Position numbers and translations under genes: made by a program. From Gemmatimonadaceae bacterium (GTDB lineage: Bacteria; Gemmatimonadota; Gemmatimonadetes; Gemmatimonadales; Gemmatimonadaceae): DNA of 57,147 bases. Positions 35,152 to 43,127 of the stretch are shown here, one piece after another; position 1 is the first letter of the stretch; each line of letters starts with the position of its first letter. The notes below the pieces were generated by a model. It saw only the letters and a program-made list of their open reading frames with translations, was not told the origin of the DNA and did not search any database. The DNA lies in contig DATCXR010000040.1 in assembly GCA_036565685.1 (NCBI GenBank), forward strand, positions 1-57,147. Reading direction: 5' to 3'.

Positions 35152-35571
35152 TCACTGACGGCGGTCGTGCGGCGCCTGCTCGCGCTGTTCGGCCGGGATC
35201 GGTTCCGCGGCTCCATCCCGGGCCGCTTGCTGAGCGCCGTCGTCGGTGAGCGAGTGCGTGAGGAACCGCTGCCATTCGCCGACTCGCTCGACCTCGATCG
35301 CGGCCGCGTCGACGGCCTGCTCGAGGCGCGTCAAGCGGTCGGTGAGATCCCGGGGCGAGGCCTGGATCGCCTCCTCATCACCGCGCTGCATGCGGCGCTC
35401 GCGACCACCCGATGTGAGTCGCCAGACTGGGTACAAGCCAAGGAGCATCAACGCGGCATGAACGCCAGCATGAACGAGCTCTCCTTGCGCGGCGGCGAAT
35501 AGCCCTCCGGCGAAGTTGGCGGCGCTGAAGAGCACGGCGAGCGTCAACCAGATCCTCGAGCGCCGTGTCAT
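35152..35571 (-). CDS. small membrane protein, paralogue of 32144..32446
   Basis: ATG 35571 (MTRRSRIWLTLAVLFSAANFAGGLFAA...). Two TM helices, then TDRLTRLEQAVDAAAIEVERVGEWQRFLTHSL. Confidence 0.6.
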   Translation of the reverse strand: MTRRSRIWLTLAVLFSAANFAGGLFAAAQGELVHAGVHAALMLLGLYPVWRLTSGGRERRMQRGDEEAIQASPRDLTDRLTRLEQAVDAAAIEVERVGEWQRFLTHSLTDDGAQQAARDGAAEPIPAEQREQAPHDRRQ

Positions 35572-35928
35572 GGGGAGCTTCTCTTCTGATTGCCGGCCGG
35601 CGCCGTACTCGTCGCGAGGTGCCGCGCCCGGCACCGCTGCGGTGGCCAGCGCTTACCGACGCGTGCGGGAAGGACCATATGCAGCATGGACGAACCTCGA
35701 TTCCATCGCGCTGTGCTCGAGATCGGCGGCGACTTTCCATCGAAGTCCCGACACACCGCCGACGCTACGCGATTGTCGCTGTGGCGCATCTACCCTACGC
35801 CTTACGGTGATGCGCGGTTTCGGCCGGCGGCGCCACATCATGCAGGATCGTGCATCACCGTTCGATTACCGGGCAGAGCTTCGCTATCGCTTGGTAAACG
35901 ACCGGACGCTGCCTCACGTTACGCGGTA

Positions 35929-35976
35929 GACGCAGTCAGGCCCCGCAGCGTGCACGCTGCGGGGCCTGACTGCGTC
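35929..35976 (-). terminator. 48-bp perfect palindrome downstream of the zinc-peptidase gene
   Basis: GACGCAGTCAGGCCCCGCAGCGTG/CACGCTGCGGGGCCTGACTGCGTC, 16 nt after the stop at 35992. Confidence 0.6.
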
Positions 35977-35991
35977 GGCGCACCATTCCTG

Positions 35992-36867
35992 CTACATCGC
36001 CGCGCTGAACGTATCGCACGACCTGGGGTCGCCGGACTCGAATCCTCGCCGGAACCACTGCATGCGCTGCTCCGACGTACCGTGCGTGAAGGAATCGGCA
36101 TCGACGCCGCCGGTGCTCATCCTCTGCAGGCGATCATCGCCCACGGCCGCCGCGGCCTGAAGTCCTTCCTGCACATCGCCAGGATCGAGTTTGTTGCGCT
36201 GCGCCGCCGAGTGACCCCACACGCCCGCGTAGCAGTCGGCCTGCAGCTCCATCCGCACCGAGAGCGCATTGGCCTGCGAAGGGTTCCTGCGTGACGCGGC
36301 GAGCACCTTCGCGTCGGTGCCGAGTATCGCCTGCACGTTGTGGCCGATCTCGTGCGCGAGCACATACGCCTGCGCGAAGTCGCCGGGCGCGCCGAAGCGC
36401 TGGCGCAGCTCGTCGTAGAAACCGAGGTCCACGTAAAGCTTCTGGTCGGCGGGACAGTAGAACGGACCGGTGGCCGCCTGGCCCACACCACAGCCGGTCT
36501 GCGTCACGTCGCGATAGAGGACGAGCTTCGCGTGCTGGTAGGGTACGCCGTATGTCTTCGGCAGCAGCTGGTCCCACATCCCCTGATCGTCGTCGAGGAC
36601 GAAGGAGACGAAGTTCACGAGGTTCTCCTCCTCGGGCGACGACTGCACGGGCGCGATGGCGCTGTCCGCTGCTGGCACGGGGCCGGTGTCCACGGCGCCG
36701 CCAGCCAGAAGCGAGAAGAAGTCCTGGCGGAAGATGAGACTCAGCACCAGCAGCACTAGCGCGCCACCGAGTCCGATCTTCATGCGGCCTCCGCCCATTC
36801 CGAATCCGCGCGACTGACCGCGGCGATCCTCCAGATCCGAGCTTCTACCCGATGGCGACCAGCGCAT
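35992..36867 (-). CDS. neutral zinc metallopeptidase (YpfJ/PF04228-like)
   Basis: 291 aa. N-terminal TM, ...FYCPADQKLYVDLGFY...AYVLAHEIGHNVQ...ELQADCYAGVWG.... Confidence 0.9.
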   Translation of the reverse strand: MRWSPSGRSSDLEDRRGQSRGFGMGGGRMKIGLGGALVLLVLSLIFRQDFFSLLAGGAVDTGPVPAADSAIAPVQSSPEEENLVNFVSFVLDDDQGMWDQLLPKTYGVPYQHAKLVLYRDVTQTGCGVGQAATGPFYCPADQKLYVDLGFYDELRQRFGAPGDFAQAYVLAHEIGHNVQAILGTDAKVLAASRRNPSQANALSVRMELQADCYAGVWGHSAAQRNKLDPGDVQEGLQAAAAVGDDRLQRMSTGGVDADSFTHGTSEQRMQWFRRGFESGDPRSCDTFSAAM

Positions 36868-37018
36868 TTCTCCTCCGAGTGTAGGGGGCTGGGCCTCCGG
36901 TTTCGAGCAAGCCGAGCAGGGCTCGCACCGCTGCTCAGCCTGCTCGAGCGCGGAGGCCTGACCTCGTCGCCAAGCCCCAACGCAAACGAGGGGCCGCCGC
37001 AGTGTGCGAGCTTCCTCT

Positions 37019-37924
37019 CTATCCCTTCACCGCGCCTGCCGTTAGCCCCTGTACGATCCGGCGCTGGAAGATGAGCACCGTCGCCGCCACCGGTACCGTC
37101 GCCACCACGGCCGCAGCGAGGATCTCGCCCCACGGTACCTGGTATTGCCCCCTGAAGAGCGCGATCGCCACCGGCACGGTCTGCCGGTCCGGTCCCACCG
37201 TGAACGAGAGCGCGAAGAGGAACTCGTTCCACGAGTAAATGAAAGTGAGAATCGCGGTGGTCGCGACGCCAGGCACGCTGAGCGGAAGGAGCACCTTCAC
37301 GAAGCTCTGCCACCGGCTCGCGCCGTCCACCAGCGCGGCCTCCTCGAGGTCCGGCGGTAGCTGACGGAAATACCCTACCAGGAGCCACACGGTGAGCGGC
37401 ATCGCGAAGGTCAGGTACGGCAGTATCAACCCTGGGTACGTGTTGATCAGGCCGAGCGCGCGAAGCATGAGATACAGCGGGCTCACGATGGAGATCTGCG
37501 GGAACATCGACACGGCCAGAATGAAGCCGAGGATGAGCGCCTTCCCTCTGAAGCGAAGCCGCGCGAGCGCGTACGCGGCGAGCGAGCCGACGACCACGCA
37601 GAAGATCGTGGTGCTTCCGGCCACCACTATCGAGTTGCGGATCGGCACCCAGAAGTGTCGCGTGGTGAAAAGCGCGCGATAGTGATCGAGGATGATCGTG
37701 CGCGGCCAGAGCGACGGCTCACGGAAGAGCGTCGCTTCTGGCGTGAAAGACGCGACGATCGCCCAGTAGAGTGGGAAGGCGATCAGCAGCACGAGCACCG
37801 CGAGCCCGACCCATCCCAGGATGCTCGATGCGCTCGCCCTGTTCCGCGTGGGCGCACCCACGCTCCGCTCCTCCGGCGTGCGTGCCCCCGTGGCTGTTTC
37901 GGTGGGACGGAGGTCGACGGTCAC
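37019..37924 (-). CDS. carbohydrate ABC transporter permease (MalG-like)
   Basis: Only the C-terminal about 300 aa of the 664-aa track ORF are real. GTG 37924 (GTGA overlap with the upstream permease stop). EAA loop ...LPPDLEEAALVDGASRWQSFVKVLLPLSVPG.... Confidence 0.9.
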   Translation of the reverse strand: MTVDLRPTETATGARTPEERSVGAPTRNRASASSILGWVGLAVLVLLIAFPLYWAIVASFTPEATLFREPSLWPRTIILDHYRALFTTRHFWVPIRNSIVVAGSTTIFCVVVGSLAAYALARLRFRGKALILGFILAVSMFPQISIVSPLYLMLRALGLINTYPGLILPYLTFAMPLTVWLLVGYFRQLPPDLEEAALVDGASRWQSFVKVLLPLSVPGVATTAILTFIYSWNEFLFALSFTVGPDRQTVPVAIALFRGQYQVPWGEILAAAVVATVPVAATVLIFQRRIVQGLTAGAVKG

Positions 37925-38823
37925 CGTTCCACCCCCGCAGCGCCGCCGGCGCCGAGTCCCTTGATGTAGATGAGCGCGAGCCCGAAGGTGATGAGAAAGA
38001 TCACCACCGATATCGCCGCACCGTAGCCGAACTGCAGATTCTGCAGAAGTGCGTTGAAGGCGTAGAGCGCTATCGGCTCGGTAGAGGTCCCCGGCCCGCC
38101 GCCAGTGAGGACGTAGATGAGATCGAAGACCCTGAACGCGTCGAGCGTGCGGAAGATCAGCACCAGCAGGATCGCGGGCTTCAGGAGCGGGATGGTGATC
38201 CTCATGAGCTGCCGCCACGCGCCCGCACCATCCACCTCCGCCGCCTCGTAGAGCGCGGAGTCGATGTTCTGCAGGCCGGCCAGAAGGAGGAGCGCAACGA
38301 AGGGCGTCGTCTTCCAGACATCCGCGAGGATCACGGGCACCCACGCCGTGGCGGCGTGCACGAACCATACGATGGGCTGGTCGATCAGACCGGTCTGCAC
38401 GAGCAGGACGTTTGCGATCCCCGCCTGCGAGTCGAAGAGGAAGCGCCAGAGTAGTGCCGCGACCACGGTAGGTATGGCCCATGGGACCAGCACGGCAACG
38501 CGTACGATGCCGCGGCCGCGGAAGGCACGGTTCATCGCGAGCGCGAAGATGAGACCGAGCACCAGCTCGAGCGCCACGCTGACCACGGTGAAGAGCGCGG
38601 TGTGCCCGAGCGCGCCCCAGAAGCGCGGGTCGTGGATGATCCGCGCGTAGTTGCCGAGGCCGACGAAGGGCTGGCCGAGCCATGGCAGCCGCAGGTCGTG
38701 CCGGTGGAGCGATTCCCACACCGTCCAGCCGAGCGGGAAGATCGCCACCAGGGAGATGACGATGAGCGCCGGCGCGACGAGCCACCGCGCGAGGCGAACG
38801 TCGGATTCGGTGCGCGCGCTCAT
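37921..38823 (-). CDS. carbohydrate ABC transporter permease (MalF-like)
   Basis: 300 aa: ...LQNIDSALYEAAEVDGAGAWRQLMRITIPLLKPA.... ATGA overlap with the binding-protein ORF stop. Confidence 0.9.
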   Translation of the reverse strand: MSARTESDVRLARWLVAPALIVISLVAIFPLGWTVWESLHRHDLRLPWLGQPFVGLGNYARIIHDPRFWGALGHTALFTVVSVALELVLGLIFALAMNRAFRGRGIVRVAVLVPWAIPTVVAALLWRFLFDSQAGIANVLLVQTGLIDQPIVWFVHAATAWVPVILADVWKTTPFVALLLLAGLQNIDSALYEAAEVDGAGAWRQLMRITIPLLKPAILLVLIFRTLDAFRVFDLIYVLTGGGPGTSTEPIALYAFNALLQNLQFGYGAAISVVIFLITFGLALIYIKGLGAGGAAGVER

Positions 38824-40301
38824 CGGGGTGCTCTCCCAGCATCGTCCCCGCGAAAGCGGGGATCCATTCCACCGTCATCCCCGCGAAAGCGGAGATCTTG
38901 TCGCCCGTCATCCCCGCGAAAGCGGGGATCCATGTTCGGTCGAGTAACATGGATCCCCGCTTTCGCGGGGATGACCGATGCTGCCGGGGCGAACGAAGCT
39001 GCCGCGACCTCACGCTCGTCGAGCCCCGACTCCCTGATCACCGCCTTCATCTGCCGCGCGGCCGCGTGCAGTGCATCGGCGGGGGACGTCTGGCCGATGA
39101 GCGCGCGATGCAACTGTACCTGGAGGAGCCCGGAGAGCTCCGTGTAGATCGGAGTCACCGGACGAGGAACCGCGCTCTCTATGGCGGTGCGCACCTGGTC
39201 GAGCGGAACCGCCAGCACCTTCGCGAGGCGTGGGTCATCGTACAGCGCCTTCCTCGTCGGATAGTCTCCGGTCGCTGCCGCGCGCTCGAGCTGCTGCTCC
39301 GGTGCGGTGAGATACTCTACCAGCTCCCAGGCGACGTCCGGATGCTCGCTGTAGGAGTTGATCGCGAGCTCGGCGCCGCCCAGCGCGGTGGTGGGGCGAC
39401 CACCCTCGGCGGCAGGCATCGCGGCGACCGCGAACTTCCCCGCCACGCGCGACTGCGAGCTGTCGGAGAGAAGCGAGAATGCGTACGGCCAGTTACGCAT
39501 GAATACCGCGTTTCCGTTCTGGAAGGCGAAGCGCGTTTCCTCCTCGTGCCAGGTGAGCACCTCGGGCGGCGCGATGTGGTTGGTGGTGATCTCGTCGCGC
39601 ATGAAGGCGAGCGCGCTGATCGCGCGCGGCGAATCCACCACTACCTGACCGCTGTCGTTCATGATCTCCGCACCGAACGCGCCGAGGTACTCCACGAAAG
39701 TCGTGATGAGCCCCTCGTAGCGCGCCCCCTGCCACACGAATCCGTACGGCGGGCCATCCGGCGCACGCATGGCACGCTCTGCCTGCGACACCAGCTCGCC
39801 GAGCGAGCGCGGCGCGTGGTCGAGGAGGTCCGTCCTCCAGTAGAGGAGCCCCACGCCCACGTACCAAGGGATGGCGTAGAGCGTGTCGTTCCACGTGTTA
39901 GCCGCGATGGCCGCGGGGAAAAAGTCGCTGCGTGTCGGCGAATACTGCTCGAGCGAGCGGACCCACCCAGCCGCCGCGAACTCGGATGTCCAGATGACGT
40001 CGAGCTCCAGCACATCCGGATCGCCCACGTGCGCGTTGAGCCATTGCACGAAGAGCTGGTGCCGCTGCGTCGCGTCATCGGGGCTCGGCTGTACGCGCAC
40101 CACGATCTCGGGGTGCATCTTCGCGAAGCGATCGATCTGCCTGCGAACCGTCTCGCCCTGCGACCCCACTGCGCTTCCCGAGTAGGTGATCACTGGCCGC
40201 GTGTCCTTCTCGCCCTCGCAGGCGGTGACGGCAACAACGAGAGACACGAGAAGCGCGATCGTCCACGCACGATTCCGCAGTCTCGGCACCGGGAGAAGCA
40301 T
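38820..40301 (-). CDS. ABC transporter extracellular solute-binding protein (family 1, sugar), with repeat-encoded C-terminal tail
   Basis: I prefer ATG 40301 (MLLPVPRLRNRAWTIALLVSLVVAVTACEG, lipobox) over GTG 40340. SBP_bac_1-like body. The last 51 codons (...SVIPAKAGIHVTRPNMDPRFRGDDGRQDLRFRGDDGGMDPRFRGDDAGRAPR) are read through the REP cluster. Confidence 0.85.
   Translation of the reverse strand: MLLPVPRLRNRAWTIALLVSLVVAVTACEGEKDTRPVITYSGSAVGSQGETVRRQIDRFAKMHPEIVVRVQPSPDDATQRHQLFVQWLNAHVGDPDVLELDVIWTSEFAAAGWVRSLEQYSPTRSDFFPAAIAANTWNDTLYAIPWYVGVGLLYWRTDLLDHAPRSLGELVSQAERAMRAPDGPPYGFVWQGARYEGLITTFVEYLGAFGAEIMNDSGQVVVDSPRAISALAFMRDEITTNHIAPPEVLTWHEEETRFAFQNGNAVFMRNWPYAFSLLSDSSQSRVAGKFAVAAMPAAEGGRPTTALGGAELAINSYSEHPDVAWELVEYLTAPEQQLERAAATGDYPTRKALYDDPRLAKVLAVPLDQVRTAIESAVPRPVTPIYTELSGLLQVQLHRALIGQTSPADALHAAARQMKAVIRESGLDEREVAAASFAPAASVIPAKAGIHVTRPNMDPRFRGDDGRQDLRFRGDDGGMDPRFRGDDAGRAPR
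38841..38975. repeat. REP/BIME-like composite, cluster B (same family as 34226-34384), lying inside the 3-prime end of the binding-protein ORF
   Basis: Units at 38841, 38874 and 38907. Perfect 30-bp-arm palindrome GTCATCCCCGCGAAAGCGGGGATCCATGTTcggtcgagtAACATGGATCCCCGCTTTCGCGGGGATGAC at 38907-38975. Confidence 0.85.
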
Positions 40302-40413
40302 GCTTGTGATTAGGCTCCCGATGCGCGCGCTGTCAACCACCGGCTGCTTGCGGAAACCCGGCCACCGAACGCACCGTAAGATCTTGCGAGACCCCTACGA
40401 CGGAGCGGAGACG

Positions 40414-42498
40414 ATGCAGACGGCCACGGCGGACACGGAGTTCGTCGCCTTTCAGCGTGCCCTCGCGGGAGAGTACTCGCTGGAGCGCGAGCTCGGTCGC
40501 GGCGGGATGGGGATCGTTTACCTCGCGCGCGACGTGCAGCTCGACAGGCAGGTCGCAATCAAGGTTCTTCCCACCTCGCTCGCATCTCGTGCGGACCTTC
40601 GCGAGCGTTTCATGCGCGAGGCGCGTACGGCCGCCGGCCTGTCCCATCCGAACATCGTCCCGATCCATCGAGTGGGCGAGGTGGGCGAGTTCGTCTTCTT
40701 CGTCATGGCCTACATAGACGGTGAATCGCTCGGTCAGCGTCTCCGCGAACACGGGCCACTCACACCAGCTGCCGCCGCAAGACTGCTGCGTGAGGTCGCG
40801 TGGGCGCTGGCGTACGCGCATGGTCGCGGCGTGGTCCATCGCGATATCAAGCCCGACAACATCCTCATCGAGCGTGAGACCGGTCGCGCGCTCGTCACCG
40901 ACTTCGGGATCGCACAGGTGGCGACGATCGCTTCGCTCGGCGATGGCTCGCAAGCTTCGGCTACCGAGCCGGGGCAGATCATGGGCACCGCCCACTTCAT
41001 GAGCCCCGAGCAGGCAGCCAACGATCCCATAGATGGCCGCAGCGATCTCTATGCGCTGGGCGTGGTCGGCTTCCTCGCCCTGTCGGGGAGCCTGCCCTTC
41101 CACGCGTCATCGGTGCCGGCGCTTCTGGCGAAGCAGCTCACGGAGTCGCCGCCACCTGTCGCGAAGGCGGCACCCGCGGTTCCCGAGCGTCTGGCGCGCG
41201 CCATAGACCGCTGTCTTCGAAAGGATCGCGACGAGCGCTTCCCGAGCGGCGAGGCACTCGCGGAAGCGCTAGAGCCATCCGCCGTCACGCAGCGCCAGCT
41301 CCCGACACCACTCAAGGTCTGGCTGCAGGCGCAGAACCCGCTGCGCAGCGCCTACGCCGCATGGAGCGGGCTGTTCGGCCTCATGGCTACCGCCGAGCTC
41401 ATTGATATGGTCACGAGATCGATCTACATGGGAGGCCGCGACAACCCGCTCGTACCCCTCGGCTTCGCGCTTCTGCCCGCCGTGCCGATGGCCATCTTTC
41501 ACCTGCGCCAGACGTATCGCGTGCTGCGCGCGGGCTACTCGCTCTCCGATCTCCGCTACGCACTGACCCGCTGGCGCGCCGAACGCCAGGAAGAGCTTTT
41601 CTTCGAGCTGGAGGAGAAACTCGCACTCCCGCTGCGCGTCCTCCGCGTCGCGACCTATGCATCGATACCGACCTTCGCGGCGTGGGTAGCGGGGTGCATT
41701 GCTACCGGCGTGTTCGGTTTCAACGACCGCGGTGTACCGCACTGGGCCAGCACCATTACCGGTGTCCTCTTCTTCGCCATCCCCGCCACCTTCGTGGCCA
41801 GCACCGCGCTCGGTGTCCCACTTCTGCCGAAGAGCGTATCACGCGCCATTTCGCTCGGCGCTCTTCGCACGCGCTTCTGGAACAGCCGCCTCGGCGAATG
41901 GACCGCCCGGGTCCTGGGTGGCAAGCGACGCGGCACTCCCGACCAGCTCGTGGACCGTCCCACCGAGATGGTGCTCGGCCTCGCCGCCAGTGAGCTGTTC
42001 GCCTCGCTCCCCAAACGGTATCGCGAGCAACTCCACGAGCTGCCCGCGGTAGTTCAGAAGCTCGAAGCCAGAGCTACCACGCTCCGCAAGCGCATCGAGG
42101 AAACCGCCGCCGTCGTCGCCCGCGCCCGCGATGAGCGCGCCACTTCCGCGCTCCTCGCCAGCGCCGACCCGATCTCAGATGCCTCGGATGCAGGCGCCTC
42201 CGGCAGCGTCGACTCCGTGGCCGCGCGCCATGCCTCCGCCATCGAGCGCCTGGTCGCGGGCCACGATTACCTCAAGCGCGACCTCGCCCGCACCGTTGCC
42301 ACATTGGAGTCGATCCGTCTCGACCTCCTCCGCGTCCATGGCGGCGCCAACGACCTCGAGCCTCTCACCACCCTGTTGGACGCCGCCGGCAGTGTGGAAC
42401 GCGAGCTCGGCTTCCTCATCGATGCGCAGGAGGAGGTGCGACGTGTCGCGGCCCCCCGCAGCGATGGTCTCGATGGCGCGATCGCGACGCCGGCGTAG
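40414..42498 (+). CDS. Ser/Thr protein kinase with membrane-spanning and coiled-coil C-terminal region
   Basis: ATG 40414 (MQTATADTEF...). Hanks motifs GRGGMGIVYLA, AIKVL, HRDIKPDNIL, DFGIA, SPEQ. About 4 TM helices, then an Ala/Leu-rich helical tail. The track start 40186 is over-extended. Confidence 0.9.
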   Translation: MQTATADTEFVAFQRALAGEYSLERELGRGGMGIVYLARDVQLDRQVAIKVLPTSLASRADLRERFMREARTAAGLSHPNIVPIHRVGEVGEFVFFVMAYIDGESLGQRLREHGPLTPAAAARLLREVAWALAYAHGRGVVHRDIKPDNILIERETGRALVTDFGIAQVATIASLGDGSQASATEPGQIMGTAHFMSPEQAANDPIDGRSDLYALGVVGFLALSGSLPFHASSVPALLAKQLTESPPPVAKAAPAVPERLARAIDRCLRKDRDERFPSGEALAEALEPSAVTQRQLPTPLKVWLQAQNPLRSAYAAWSGLFGLMATAELIDMVTRSIYMGGRDNPLVPLGFALLPAVPMAIFHLRQTYRVLRAGYSLSDLRYALTRWRAERQEELFFELEEKLALPLRVLRVATYASIPTFAAWVAGCIATGVFGFNDRGVPHWASTITGVLFFAIPATFVASTALGVPLLPKSVSRAISLGALRTRFWNSRLGEWTARVLGGKRRGTPDQLVDRPTEMVLGLAASELFASLPKRYREQLHELPAVVQKLEARATTLRKRIEETAAVVARARDERATSALLASADPISDASDAGASGSVDSVAARHASAIERLVAGHDYLKRDLARTVATLESIRLDLLRVHGGANDLEPLTTLLDAAGSVERELGFLIDAQEEVRRVAAPRSDGLDGAIATPA

Positions 42499-42600
42499 GG
42501 GACGGAGGAGAAAGGAGACAGGGAACAGGAAACAGGAACTGCCTCGGGGTAGAGGGCCCTCGCCCCACGAGCCGGTACCTGTTCCCTGTCTCCTCTCCCC
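42499..42600. repeat. Heptad-armed composite inverted repeat, copy 2 (short arms)
   Basis: GGAGAAAGGAGACAGGGAACAGGAAACAGGAACT - core GCCTCGGGGTAGAGGGCCCTCGCCCCACGAGCCGGTAC - CTGTTCCCTGTCTCCTCTCCCC. Fills exactly the gap between the kinase stop (42498) and the HNH stop (42601). Confidence 0.8.
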
Positions 42601-43071
42601 TCAGTCTTTATACGGATAGTCCGGATCGGACAGGCGCTCGGCGCGGGCGGCGGCTTCGGGGCCGGCGACTTCGCGGGCAAGCTCGCGCAGCATCGTGCTG
42701 AGGTGCGAGCCGTAGCGGAGGAGACTCGCCGCGCGAGTGCGCCTGGCGAGGAGGAAGGCGAGGATCGGCTTGTCGGCCTTCTGAGCGTTGCACCCTGGGC
42801 AGCAGAGCACCAGGTTGTCCCGCCTGTCGTACGCGGTCTGGCCGCGTCGCGGCGTCACGTGGTCGAGCGTGATGTACTCAGCGTGGATCCGGTTCTCGCA
42901 ATAGGCGCACACGGGACCGTGGCGACCGAGCAGCCACTCACGCGTCTCTGTATACGCGGTGCGGCTTGTGGGAAGCGAGGAATGTCGGGTTGGCTGTGAA
43001 GCTGTCCTGCTACTGCGCCGTCTCCGGCGTGGAGCCCTCGACGGCTCCTTTGATGTCGATGGATTTGTCAT
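42601..43071 (-). CDS. HNH endonuclease-domain protein
   Basis: 156 aa. CAYCENRIHAEYITLDHVTPRRGQTAYDRRDNLVLCCPGCNAQKADK (CxxC...H...N...CxxCN..K HNH core). Basic N-terminus. Confidence 0.85.
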   Translation of the reverse strand: MTNPSTSKEPSRAPRRRRRSSRTASQPTRHSSLPTSRTAYTETREWLLGRHGPVCAYCENRIHAEYITLDHVTPRRGQTAYDRRDNLVLCCPGCNAQKADKPILAFLLARRTRAASLLRYGSHLSTMLRELAREVAGPEAAARAERLSDPDYPYKD

Positions 43072-43127
43072 ACAATGAGTGAAATATAACCCCCTGGGTA
43101 TGACTTCGCACCTGGCCGGGCGTCACA

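Noticed and set aside
37925-39013. N-terminal 363 codons of the 664-aa minus-strand ORF 37019..39013
   Set aside because: It is in an alternative frame over the upstream permease gene and the REP cluster (it reads SSPRKRGS / IPAFAGMT repeat peptides). The real MalG-like permease starts at GTG 37924.
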